From: Octopus bimaculoides
Lineage: Eukaryota
DNA: 64,000 nt
Direction: 5' to 3'
NCBI RefSeq assembly: GCF_001194135.2
Contig: NC_068983.1
Location: 65,213,541-65,277,540 of the forward strand
A program made the translations under genes and the position numbers. Position 1 is the first letter of the stretch. Every line of letters starts with the position of its first letter. The notes beneath the pieces were generated by a model that did no database searches, was not told the DNA's origin, and worked only from the letters and a program-made list of their open reading frames with translations. Shown here piece by piece: positions 1 through 12,878 of this stretch.

Positions 1-2030
1 ACTTCGTCAAGTTTCTTCTTTCACTGTCAATGCAGTCTTGTAGGACTATCAATCCACGTGCATCTTTACCCCTCTTCCTCTATAGTCTGTGTACATTCGC
101 CTTATATTAGAAGCACCATACATTGTAGTATTTCGCGTAGTACGATCGCGTTGATCAATCTCTGCTCCACTAATTTCAGAACGGGTGCACTATAGTGAAC
201 TGTACCAACAGCCGATATGCTGATGGGGGTTACAATGTTCCTTGCACTGAGTTGTGACTTCAAGAGAAATCTGTGGTGCTTGAAACATTCAGCGGTGACC
301 TCATCGTTTAATTCTCTGTGCAAGATAAATAGTCCAACACCAGTTTCCTAAGGCATTGTACCCACCACCATTTGGTCTCGCATTCACTCTCTATTTGGTA
401 ATTCTATGCCCCTGAAATATTTTCTCCTGTTTTTAAGTGAGCATCAAATACTTTGAGATCTTGAATTCCATTCCTACATTCTTACTGCACATATCTACAG
501 TCTTTCCATTTCAGCTTCTGTTCTTGCGAACAGTTTTAAGTTTCCCGTAAAGAGAAAGTGGTCGAGACGAGGTCCATTCTTCCTCAGCTCATAGTAAAGA
601 AAATTGGAATCAAGGCTATAACGTATACCAAAGGTGAACAAAAATTACCCTGGAAGATTACTCTGTTGATTGTTACCTCGGTCAAGTGCTAGTTGTTAGA
701 GGAAAGCGTATTTTCCAACTAGGTTTGCAGTCACTGATTAGTGCACGCACATTCTCAGCTAATCCACACGTGTAAAGTATTTACACAATCCAGGAATTCG
801 GAAACATGTCATAAATCATTTTAAAGTCTATCCATGCCATGTAGAATTTTCTTTAGTAACGTTTACAGTTCTTCATTATATCCTTGAATCATTTCCAGCA
901 TCCCATATGTTCTACTGGAAGTACATTGTTTTGCTCAAGGAACGTATATGTTTTCCTTGCGAGGATGTCTGTTAACACTTTTCAGAAAAAAACGGTAAGA
1001 CAAACAATGGGTCGATAATTGCCAACCACATTGCCGCTTGGCCGATCTCTCATCGCCAATGCCGTTCTTTCTTTCTACCGTCCGTTACGGAACCACACCA
1101 TTCTGTGGGCAGTCGTCTAATTGCAAACCAGTTATTTCTTGTGTTGACTTCAGCCACTTGGACCAGACTTTGATTCCATCAGGACTTACTGTTCTCCAGT
1201 GAGGCAGTTTCGATAACTGTGCAATTACATCTTCCATTATTATGCGTAGATGATCCTGCCTTGGAGCCTCAGGGTGATGGAGTCCGGTTCTCACGGAATG
1301 AATCCACTCAACACCGTGATTATGGGAAATCTAATGCTCACGGATTTTCAGAAGGTATGTTATCTTTTGTATTTCCGTCCAAGCTCTTAAAAATTTGCCT
1401 CTGTTCTTTTGTAAATAGCTTGCTTTGATGGAACTGCGATATGCATTCAATGTAGCGTAAACCTTTCAATCTTTTTATCAGGATGCATTGTTTTAGAGCT
1501 TCACTAATAGTTTTGAACCCATTCCTTTCTATATGATATTTCAAATGAAGATATTCTTTCACATCTTCTTTAGTATGTTTCCATTCTTTTATGCGACTCA
1601 GGTCTTTATGCAAGGTTTTAATATCACCGATTCGGCGTTTCCATCATGGCTCCTTCCGCTCCCCTGATTTTCTCTCTATTTGTTTTAACCTGTTCACCAA
1701 CTATAATTGAAGCGAATCTAATTAAATCTCTTGTTTCAGATACATCTTTCGTTGGAATATAATTTAAAGTTTTCTCAACCTATTGGATCGCTAGCGTCAC
1801 ATTGTCACGGTCGAATCATCTCCAATACACGGTTCTTGTGTTTATTGCTTCGAGTCTTATCATTGTTGCTCAGTCATAATCTGGTAATACAGGGTTTCCA
1901 ACATCATACTGGATCCTTTCCATATACCCACGCGAGTCTCTCTTCTTTACTACATACACGCTTTGCATTTTTATTTGCTCACATTCACCTACATTATTCT
2001 GAATGAGTTTAACATCACCACACAGGTTTT
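1..2030 (-). mobile_element. Decayed non-LTR retrotransposon (R4/Dong-like clade) ORF: pre-RT region, RT and post-RT region, many stops and frameshifts
   Basis: Minus-strand fragments EPSWKRRIGDIKTLHKDLSRI...LKQCILIKRLKGLRY...QFHQSKLF; LSKLPHWRTVSPDGIKVW (KAPGPDG-like); FLLKSQLSARNIVTPISISAVGTVHYSA. These match motifs I recall from R4/Dong-type RT ORFs; the clade call is from memory. Confidence 0.8.
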
Positions 2031-2422
2031 CTCTGATTGCCCGAATTTGGGTTTCATTAAGAAAGCCTCTATTCCGAAATATTATTTTCTTATTCGTTAG
2101 GCTATTTCATTAATCTTAAACATAACTGGCTGGTACACAAAAATATTATTTTTCTGACAGTGTTACGTTTAACATTACACATGTCTAAAAAAGCTTGTTC
2201 ATAACAGTTCAATTTTGTTTACATCGGCAGACCACTTGCCCTTGCAAGCACGTTGTGTATTTTAACAGGTAACTGGAGCCAGCTGGAGCCTGTTCTTCCA
2301 TTCCATTGCTCTTTGAGAGACTCCTGTCGATGACAGTAGCTCGGTGTATTGAACAGCCACTTTAGTCCTCCAGTTGACACCGTTGTCTGGATGGATATTG
2401 GTTGCCATCGTGCATATATATA

Positions 2423-2427
2423 TGTGC

Positions 2428-2484
<57 letters not shown>

Positions 2485-2585
2485 CATATATTCGTGTGTA
2501 TGTATGGGTTTATTTATATGTATATATATATATATGTGTGTGTCTGTTTATGTGCGTGTGTGTGTGCGTGTGTGTGTGCGTGAGT
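2423..2585. repeat. Compound (TA)n/(TG)n microsatellite
   Basis: Directly visible dinucleotide runs. Confidence 0.97.
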
Positions 2586-2806
2586 GTGTACGTTTATGTC
2601 ATACATTGTAGTTCTTTACATTTGTTAAAATGACGTATTGACGAACACTGCTGTTTATATACTCCCTGATAGATTGATGCATTTTCCCACAATATTCATC
2701 CTCTTGGATTTATTTTAATGGATCTATCGAAACATATGTCGGTGACATGGTGATATAAATGATTTAAAGAACATCTTCAGTTTGTCTCCATGTTCCATTA
2801 TTCTCC

Positions 2807-2837
<31 letters not shown>

Positions 2838-3164
2838 TGATATATTGTAGTATATATACTTGCATAATCTAATTATTCTGTATTATAACAACTGTCTGAT
2901 GACAGACCAGGTGAATCTCAGAAAATCAATTAGATAACGTTTGTTTCTCCAGGCGTAGCAAAATAGTATATCGTCAATCCAAACATGAACAAACAAGAAA
3001 AATCACGAAAAAACAACAACGTGACGACGTTGAATAGTACAGTGTCACTGGACGCTCATGAAAGGAAAGAAAAGTAAGAGGATTTCACATCTTGAGCGAA
3101 GCTCTTCATCAAATATATAGAAAAAGTCCAATGAAGGGAAGACGGAGGAAGAAAATCGCCAACG

Positions 3165-3214
<50 letters not shown>

Positions 3215-3265
3215 ACACACACACACACACATACACACACACATATATATATATACATATATACA
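3165..3265. repeat. (CA)n/(TA)n microsatellite
   Basis: Directly visible. Confidence 0.97.
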
Positions 3266-3597
3266 TATAGTATGCATATACACGCGTGAGCGTGCAGGCA
3301 AAAGGGGGAGAGAGAATATTCGGCAATGATAATCCACTAAGAGCTTATTGGTGAACGTAAATTCATCCTAGAATACATATGTCCAAATTGAGTGTCCTGG
3401 GTCATTCATCGTTATGGGAGGCACATATCTGGAATGGAAAATGATTAGCAAAATCTCTCTCATTACGACTTCGAATGGAGCTCATGTTTATATTTTCGAT
3501 TACTTTACTGATTAATGTGATAAATGGAGTGTATCAGTACAAATCCGATCTAAATCGCCGTTGCCGTCAAATTCGTCGTCATTCTCCTCCACCTCAT

Positions 3598-3622
3598 GCT
3601 CCTCCTCCTCATCATCATCATT

Positions 3623-3672
<50 letters not shown>

Positions 3673-3720
3673 TTCCTTCNNNNNNNNNNNNNNNNGCTCC
3701 TCCTCCTCATCATCATCATT

Positions 3721-3770
<50 letters not shown>

Positions 3771-3777
3771 TTCCTTC
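3598..3777. repeat. (CAT)n microsatellite, duplicated across a short N gap
   Basis: The same gctcctcctcctcat...catttccttc block occurs on both sides of the gap. Confidence 0.95.
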
Positions 3778-4394
3778 AACAGTATTACTATAGCAACAAT
3801 AGTAACTGCCTGAGAAGAATACACTTTTTGTTTCGCAGTTTTCATATTAAATAGCCAGTAACAATGGTTTCAGTTCTTGGTTAATTACATTGATCCTTCT
3901 CCTGTGTACACAGTGACACTATGTAGAATTTTATCGACATTGTGATACAATACCACCCCTAGTTAATAGACAAGAATAGAAATAATTTTGTTCTACAATA
4001 TTAATTAAAATGTCGATTTTAGAAAAATATTATCTTAGGTCAACATTAAAAACTGATTTTTAATGTTTCTTCTCTAAAAGCCAAAACACAAAAACATAAA
4101 TTTCCAGGTGAAAATATTAATAAATTAAGCGGACTTTTTGCGATAATTATACCAAAAAAATTTCAGATTAAATCTAGTTATGGAAAAATATTATTTTCAA
4201 ATTGAAATTTTAAATTAATTACTTCTGTAGTTGTAAAAACATGATTGTGAACCTAAAATTCTAATGGATTTCTATTTTTCTTATGAAATAATCATTTGAT
4301 TCCATTCGGCCAATAAACTGTTGCATATGTTACGCATGAAACGTTGTTATGAACTGCATAATTCAATTGAATGTATTTACACACATACACATAT

Positions 4395-4397
4395 GTA

Positions 4398-4466
<69 letters not shown>

Positions 4467-4470
4467 ATCT
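4395..4470. repeat. (TATC)n microsatellite
   Basis: Directly visible. Confidence 0.97.
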
Positions 4471-4742
4471 ATCCCTGTCGTGTGTGTGTGTGTAAGAGTG
4501 CATGTATTAGAGTGAGCGCACACAAAAAAAATCTGTTTCAACACAGGAATTCACACAATGAATCCTGTAAACCATTATCCATATATATNNNNNNNNNNNN
4601 NNNNNNNNNNNNNNNNNNNNNNNNNNNNNNNNNNNNNNNNNNNNNNNNNNNNNNNNNNNNNNNNNNNNNNNNNNNNNNNNNNNNNNNNNNNNNNNNNNNN
4701 NNNNNNNNNNNNNNNNNNNNNNNNNNNNNNNNNNNNNNNNNN

Positions 4743-4806
<64 letters not shown>

Positions 4807-5639
4807 CGCATATTGGATGTTGAATAATATAATAAAAAAATCAATTAATAAATAAGTCATCTCATAAATATTGCTATATTCTTCCACATCACTATGAACA
4901 AATCCTAGATATGTACCATACCTTATATATACATATGATAAACATAACTGTTTAGTGAGATTGTTACACTACTCGGTGTCTAACTCGGAATCTCCAAAGG
5001 AGAGGACACACATGCGTAATATTTCAATTCGACTAATAGGACAATATAAAACAAACTATAACGGATTGCCGTAAACTTTGATCTTCTTAAAAGATACTTC
5101 GAATTCTATAATCCTTTTGCCTAGTTTACTTCAGTAGCAACAATAAGATCTACAACAGAAACGGCAATTCCGACTTATCTCTGACATCGTCACCGAATGG
5201 CTGCCATCCCATGACTGCTGTTACATGCATTCTCTTGAGGTCTGAGTTACGGTCCCTGGTCCTGCCGTCGCAACTGTAGTTTCTGTCATGATCATTGTCA
5301 TGTCCTGTGACTACTGACAGTACTACTTCTCTGTTCTGCTGCAAGAATAATGCTTCGCTAACTCAATCTTGAAACATCGCAGCTCCACTAAATCATGTCA
5401 GGCAAGAATTAAACCCTTAAGCTACACATCCCCACAGCTGCAATTCTAAAATCAATCATCTCAGGATCATCCATAAGAACCCACATTAGGGTCTACACTC
5501 CGCTTACAAATAAAACAGAATTTCTAAGTATGCCTCTACACTCCAGAAACATAAACATTAACCACAATCAATAACGAAATATCTACAAAAATTATATTAT
5601 TATGTATTTTCCTCAAAATACTTAGCTGTATTTCATCTG

Positions 5640-5745
5640 TCTTCACGTTCTTTCGAACGGGGTCAATAAATTAAGTAGGAGTTAAGTACTGGGATCGATG
5701 TAACCGACTTAGCCTATTTCCAAAATTGCTGGCATTGAAACCATT
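5640..5745 (+). mobile_element. SINE fragment, family A (ggggtcgat...aattaagtacc type)
   Basis: ggggtcaataaattaagta...tactgggatcgatgtaaccgactta matches the well-preserved copy at 28341-28625. Confidence 0.7.
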
Positions 5746-6031
5746 TTGTATCTTCTCCCCAGTAATTTGAGAGGTTTAAAAAATAATCAGAAATACCAAT
5801 TATGATGATATCCGTCAATGCGACAGCAGTCACAGCGACTCCAGATCACAGTAGACTCTCGTCCAAGAACTCGCTTCTTAACCGTGCAGACTTTCACGGG
5901 TGAAGTACAAAGAAGCACGCTCGGTATGACGTATGAAGTACAATTGTTACTTCACTGCAAGAAAAGTTTCCATTGCTGCCACTAAAAAACAGCCGAGAAA
6001 ATTATTGTGCTGTGTAGTGACGAATAAAACA

Positions 6032-6045
6032 GTAACCTTGGCAAC
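6032..6045. promoter_or_regulatory. RFX X-box-like motif GTAACCTTGGCAAC in a locally CpG-rich stretch
   Basis: Near match to the X-box consensus GTHNYY-AT-RRNAAC (TT in place of AT); 5800-6060 has visibly more CpG than its flanks. Confidence 0.35.
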
Positions 6046-6304
6046 GGCAATCTTGCAAGTTGTCTAAGTAATCAGCTCATCTACAAATGAACAAAACGGG
6101 AAATTTATTCTATCCGATAACAACCTCAGCAATTTCAAGTATACACTGAATTATTAATGTTATGAAGATTCAGTCTGTATATTATTTTGTATGTCTAATA
6201 TTCTGTCTCTCTTTCTTTGTCGCCCGATTTCTCACGGATACAGTCAAACACGCGCACGCAGCTATATTTGTTCATATAGATACATATATAAAGATATGCG
6301 TATA

Positions 6305-6536
6305 TATAAGGTTGTCCGGAATGTTCGTGTCGATTTTTAATGGAAAGAATACGGTCAATAAATACTTGCCATTACATTTTTAATCAACCATATATGAACC
6401 ATTTCGTTGCACAATGCGTCTCCATCTTTCCTTTTACTTGAAAATACCCTCTTCCCATAATTGAGGTGGTTTAATGGCAAATAAGTCGAAAGATAAGCTA
6501 CTATAAATCTGCACGAACTTTCCGGACAACCAAATA
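6305..6536 (-). mobile_element. Tc1/mariner MITE (internally deleted mariner)
   Basis: 20-bp TIR with 1 mismatch: ggttgtccggaatgttcgtg (6310-6329) vs cacgaactttccggacaacc (6512-6531), in TA-rich flanks. The interior reads (-) KPPQLWEEGIFK*KERWRRIVQRNGSYMVD*, a mariner transposase C-terminus. Confidence 0.85.
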
Positions 6537-7189
6537 TATATACATATATTTCTTTGTAAACACGCACACACACACACACACATATATATTTTTTCCATAT
6601 GCTTGAATCTGCGTCTATGTGTGTGTTTGATCTACCTATCTACTGTCTATTTACCTAGTTGATAACATTTTATCGAAAATACTTCAGTCGCTAACTGTTT
6701 CGCATTTGGGAATCAATGCATATGTGTCCAGAGTAATTAAGAAGTCGTGTCTGAATATAAGCCGTGGAGATCAGTCGTATATATTTTGCGCTAATTTAGT
6801 TTCATGCTAGAACGAATTAAACTTTGGTAGATTTTTGCTTTCCTCGTATCAAACTTGGATAGTAAACTTAGGCTCTCTTTTATCAAACACATAATGCACG
6901 CATAGATACATGATTTTCGCTCTTTGCGCTGTCATATTAGTTGCTTGCTTTTAAAGAACCATCCTCCCATCGGCCTGTAATGTTCAATTTACATTGTTTC
7001 TATGCAAAAACTTTCAAGCTTTGTAATGGTTTATCAGTATTTCTGATAAACCATTACCAAATTGCGCTCACGTGCATATCTGCAAGTGTATTTTTTATCA
7101 ACTGTGGCCGTTTTCTTCCGTAAAATTATCCATTATACTTAATTTTGCTTAAATTATTTGACATATCATATACTGAATGACAAACTGAA

Positions 7190-7215
7190 TGCTGCTGCTG
7201 CAGCTGCTGCTACTT

Positions 7216-7291
<76 letters not shown>

Positions 7292-7295
7292 CTAC
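7190..7295. repeat. (GCT)n/(CTA)n trinucleotide microsatellite
   Basis: Directly visible. Confidence 0.97.
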
Positions 7296-8589
7296 ACTTC
7301 GATCCTTTTAACCTCTATCACTCTTTCTACAGCAATTAGGAAGAGAATGAAGTTGTTCTAACCTCGCAGTTCAAATTAAGTTAATGTATGTTTCTATCTT
7401 TTTTAGTTTACAGCTTGAAAACTTTGAGATGTTGCGGCAATTTTAGAGACGTATTATTAATTACGTTTCTTCACCCACGTCGTAATGATCTTTTCTATTT
7501 GTTCTCTTGGAGAAGTGAAATTAGCGCCTGTTATAGATTATATCTGTTTACTGCTGAAGATCATCTGAACGGCCTTCACTGAAAAGATATTACTAACGTA
7601 TTCGATTGTTTGAACTTACTAACATTGAAATGTCCCTTCAGGACTTGGCCGTGCAATTAGTAAAAGAAATCGTTATTGTGTTTATTATGGCAGAGAGATG
7701 AAGTAGGATAGTTACTTAAGTCCAACTAAGCTTCCGTTTTGGAGGGAAGCCTTTAATTTCACTTCAGTCGTAATGCCTTGTATTAATTTCACTTCATTAA
7801 TCTTTCGTTTCAGCATTCAGGTGTATTGTTTATTGTTGTTGTTGTTGTTATCATTGTAGTATTAAAGGTCATTAATTCAGTTCTCTTTCGTGACATTCAA
7901 GCCAATAATGCCTAATATAGAACAAGCAAGCTTTTCTCTAGCGTTATTTAGTCACCGTATTTGGAACTAAAAATAAACAACGATTTTTTTTTCTTCTTTT
8001 CTGCCTGAAGACATTGCAAGCGAGGGTTATCAGTCGACGAAACTTCCCACATCAATGTATATCAGAATAATTTGATGTGTATTATATTCACTAAAAAATT
8101 GTTCATCTAATCGATATAATCTCAATATTATAAGACCCACTGCCAGGACATCTAATGATCTAAATATTTTCAGAAATAAATTTGGTAAGATGAAGCAAGC
8201 ATTGATCAGAAGCCTGGTTTATAGACACGAAAAATAAATAATGTACATTGCCAAAGTTAATCCTATCAAAATCCTGGCCTACTTAACATTCTTTACTAGA
8301 GGATGGAAAGTAAATAAATTATCTGAACATACATACAGTAAGTTTTTATGTGGCATCTCTTCAAATTGTCTGATAACTGTGGACAGGCTGCCAATTTTAT
8401 TGCGTTGCTTCTTCCAACCATACTTAATTTCTCATTCGCCATTTTCGTCATTTTTTTCCAAGGAAATATTCCCTTGGGTCTCACTTACAATGACCTTCCA
8501 AATAGTTATAAACGTATTATTCCTGCACGTTGAACATGTTCATAAACACGTTACCTACATATAAACAGTCCAGCACACATTCATTTCCA

Positions 8590-8850
<261 letters not shown>

Positions 8851-10089
8851 GTACACAAACGCATATGGATGTATGGATGCATGTATAAGTAACCATTTAA
8901 TATCAAAATATGTTTACGTCTATCAAGAAAGCTAAAATTCCGGTATTGTCTACCATTGGAAGTATGTTGCGACAGCTTCACTTATCATGATTCGTCTCAT
9001 CGATAATTGGCTAAAGTTTATAAAGAAACCAACATGTCACTCTATAAATTGATTAACTTCACTATTCAGTATAGGCATACCTAATATAATTCTATTTCTT
9101 TCAACGTACTGTGTTTCAACTAAATATCAGTCCCTATAAGGAAACAAATTTAGACACACACACACACACAAACACACACGCATGCACACGAATATATATG
9201 TGCATATGTGTATGCATATATAGATATATATATGTATGTGTGTGTGTGTGCGTGTTTATGTGTGTGTGTGTGTGTGTGTGTGTGTAAAGAAAAGAATCTG
9301 AAAATGCAGATAAAAATATTTATTATCTTAACCGGTTTCACTTATTTAAAAGACTTTTCAAGAGTTAAGAATGAGGATTTGTGCATACTCCGTGGATTTA
9401 AAAATTTGTTTACAAAAATGTATTCAAATCAAGTGTTTACATTTGTGTAAACTAATTTCCTGATACTATGGAGGATACATAAAACCTCAGACTTTACTTT
9501 TGAAAATATTTTTAAATAACTGAAACGTGGTTTTCAGATTCTTTTCCTTAACTTTCCTTTGTATAAAAAGAGATTGTATTGGAGATATAAACTATAAACA
9601 GCGGTCTAATCTGTTCAAGAAAGTGTTTTGTTTTCAAAAGTCGCATAGCTACCTGTTCTTTGAGAAGAAATGTTAAAGGTTTCAGCCTACATGAAGCCTA
9701 AATTGAAGCTAAATTTAGATAATAGGTTTTTCGAAAGAAGCATGCATTCCCAGGTCTCAAAGAGTAACAGTTTATCGAATTGCCGAAACTTACTGCATTT
9801 TACCTTCCCGGTCAGTATTTGAGAACGAGAAAATTTGGCGCATGAAATTTTCAATTATATTTTTCTACCAATCAGTAGAACAGTTGTATTTTATACTGAA
9901 GTGTATCGGTATTTTTTGCTGTATTATCATATTAGTAATACATTTAATGTTATACCTTTTGAGGAATTGAACTGTAGGATATAATAATAAAATTCTACCA
10001 CTTATAATTTTGAGTCTAAATTTCTGGGGTCAATCCAATCGACTGGCGCCCTCTCCAACAATTTCGGACCTTGCGCCTAAGACAGAGAA

Positions 10090-10420
10090 GATTCATTGTC
10101 AGCTTTGTTTCGTCTCACTCGCATATTTCATCTGCTATCGAATTCACTATTTCTGCACTACAAATTAAGACGTCAGTAGTTCACGTATCTATCGCATTTA
10201 TCAAATTCCAAGAATTAGATTTAGACTTGAGTACAATCTTTACTTATTGCAAATAAACCGTTTTCACTTTGTCCAACATTTTCCTATTAATGATGTCATC
10301 TACTTTCAAAAGCCTTATTTACTTCTATCCATTTTACATCAAGTTCTAAGTACTGCTCCTTCAATATTTTTTCCCATTGAAATGGTCTCACTGTCTTCAT
10401 AAATAAAGTAGTACATTGCG
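10090..10420 (-). mobile_element. Second R4/Dong-like LINE fragment (post-RT region)
   Basis: Minus strand reads MLDKVKTVYLQ*VKIVLKSKSNSWNLINAIDT*TTDVLICSAEIV, homologous to the LLKSQLSARNIVTPISISAVGTVHYSA segment at 102-323. Confidence 0.65.
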
Positions 10421-10511
10421 ATACAGTAGACTCCATTCTATTATTGCTGTGAACGTAGGACAATTTAGGTTGCGACAGTTGATAGAATTAATGGCTCCAG
10501 CAAAAAATATA

Positions 10512-10512
10512 A

Positions 10513-10581
<69 letters not shown>

Positions 10582-10640
10582 TAGCAGCAGCAGCAGCACA
10601 GTAGCAGTAGTAGTGGTAGTAGTAGCAGGAGTAGCAGTGA
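10512..10640. repeat. (TAG)n/(CAG)n microsatellite
   Basis: Directly visible. Confidence 0.97.
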
Positions 10641-12567
10641 TAGGCCTTATTTTATTTTATCACAAAGCCAGTTATATTGAATATAATTCGCGTATTGATA
10701 TTATATACTTCATAACTAATAGGGGCCTAAATCTGGTGAAGTTGAACGAGCCGAATTGTTTAACATCAAGCTTTGTGGGTTAGTCTCGTTATGGAAAGTA
10801 TTTACATAGATAAGAGTGGGCAGCAAAAGAAAAATATGTGGTGCCAATGAATTCTTAGGTGATATTGCCTCCTAAATTCAAAAATAACTTCAGTTTTTCT
10901 CTATCAGGTTTAGTTTTCTGACTAGACCTGATAGAGTTAGTAGATTATTCATACAAAAGGCATATAGTATGAATCAATAAAGAGAGCGTAACACAAAACA
11001 AAACGAATTGAAATAAAAAATTCAAAATTGAAAATGCACATTGGTTAAGATCTTTGGCAGAAAATTCAAGTAATAAATTTGCGCTTCTTTGCTTACCGTG
11101 GATGTTGAGCAACAAGTGTACTTTGCTTTAAAAACCAGCAACAGTCTGCCAGCATCACAGCGTTCCAACGTGCTTGGTACCGAATTTCTATCACCTTGAT
11201 GTCCTGATGGAATAGTTCGCCTTGTTTGTCGCTAACATCTCAGAGATTTTAAGGAAAACAATCAAGATGACTAAAAAAATAATGCATGCTCATATTCGCG
11301 CCAATAACACGAAAAATTGATATCAAGTTGGTAATAAGGTCTTTATAGTTTTCAGTTTTGTGTATCCCAAGAAAAATTTGCAGTACTTCTGCAAAGGTTA
11401 GCCAAGTTTATGCCTCATTTTCGCTCATTACTTTCACGAAATTTGTGTCCTTCAAGAACCTACGCATTTGTGGTCCATCAAAAGTCTCTGCTTTAAGTCT
11501 GGAAATACACTGCAAGATATACTTCATGCACTCCCCATTTTTGTCAAGAGCTTTGACAAATTGCTTGATCAATCCGAGTTTAATGTGCAAAGGGGGGAAA
11601 ATTATCTTATCTCGCTCAACGAAAGGTTCTTCCAATATATTGGCAGCTCTACATGGAGCCATATTTGTTCGAGGAGGCCAGTCTTTCTTAACATGTTGGT
11701 GTCCTTGGTCTCTACTGTACCACACGCAAAGAAAGTATGAGTATTTGGTATAACCAGATTGCTGGCCCATGAGGAAATTCACCATTTTTAAATCAACACA
11801 GATGACCCATTTATGGTCATGGTACAGTATCTTTTCTAAAACCAACTTAATTTCTTCATATTTTTCCTTCAGAGTTGTTGGGTGGTCGAGTGGGACAGAG
11901 CCATATACATTTCCGTTGTGCTACAATACACATTTTAAACTACACTTAGAGCTGTCTATGAAAAAAAGCCATTCCTCTGATTTATATTTCTGAATGCGAA
12001 GTTTATTAAGAATCCCACTGACACCTCTGCAGTAAACTAGCTCTTCCTCTTTTGTGAAAAATGAAAGCAACGCTTCATGCCGTCTCCGATAAAATGTTAT
12101 ACGGACACCATTCTCTAGTAGATTCTTCTTTTCAGTCGACAAGCCAACAGTTCTGCAGAATTTTATGGAAGATTCAAGTCATGAATTAGATCATTCAACT
12201 CCCCCTGGGAGACTAGCTGGTGTAACGTCTCAACTGAAAAGTCTTGAACTCTAGTGTCTTCTTCGGGTGATGAATCTTTTTTGGTTGATGGTAAAGTCAT
12301 CTGAAACAAGTCATTGAAGACAGGTACAGGAAGCTCTTCACTGTGTGGAACCTGTCTAATAGCAGAGGCAAAATTACGACAGACAAGTGTTTGTCGATTT
12401 TTCCGGTTAACACAACACTTTCTTAAAGAGGATATCTTGCTCATTTTCTATTGCTTAGCTCAGCACAACGTCTAAAAAGTATGCAAAATGAAAAAAAAAA
12501 TAGAATTAGAATAAAGTAACGAACACTGTGTACTAGACGCATACGCACACATAGTGTCTATAGGGAT

Positions 12568-12701
12568 ACAGTTCTATATTTAAGAGATGAGGAATTATGT
12601 ACATTATTTACGCCCACGGGCATATGGCGTAGTGGTTAAGAGCGCGGGCTACTAACCCCAAGATTCCGGAATCGATTCCAATCAGTGACCTGAACAATAG
12701 C

Positions 12702-12732
<31 letters not shown>

Positions 12733-12878
12733 TCGAAAAATACCTTAGGAATGAGAACCCAGGTTCGAAATTCCCCCAAGACATCTGAAGAAGGCTGGAG
12801 GGTATATCAGCCGAAACGTTGTGTTAACAACAAACAAGATGGGGACAAATATCCGTCGAATGTAAATAATGTAAATAT
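12568..12878 (+). mobile_element. tRNA-headed SINE with a hammerhead-like tail and 13-bp target-site duplication
   Basis: A-box TGGCGTAGTGG (12625-12635), degenerate B-box GGAATCGATTCC (12669-12680), (AAT)n spacer, conserved tail, and TSD tgtctatagggat at 12555-12567 and 12879-12891. A second copy lies at ~19281-19520 (-). Confidence 0.85.
12780..12825 (+). ncRNA. Minimal type I hammerhead-ribozyme-like motif
   Basis: Stem I GACAU/GUGUU; core CUGAAGA plus an extra A; stem II GGCUG/CAGCC; GAAA; palindromic ACGU in place of stem III; putative cleavage triplet GUU. Folded by hand; activity untested. Confidence 0.55.

Noticed and set aside
2953-3073. Candidate start exon MNKQEKSRKNNNVTTLNSTVSLDAHERKE|gtaaga
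   Set aside because: Splice sites are plausible but I found no convincing phase-2 partner exon and no homology, so it is left uncalled.
3598-3777. Tandem duplication or poly-His/poly-Ser/poly-Ile ORFs
   Set aside because: Identical sequence on both sides of a short N gap indicates unmerged contig overlap; the ORFs are just (CAT)n.
12619-12690. tRNA gene
   Set aside because: It has an A-box but a damaged B-box, no clear acceptor stem, and continues into a repeat body seen elsewhere in the window; it is a SINE head.
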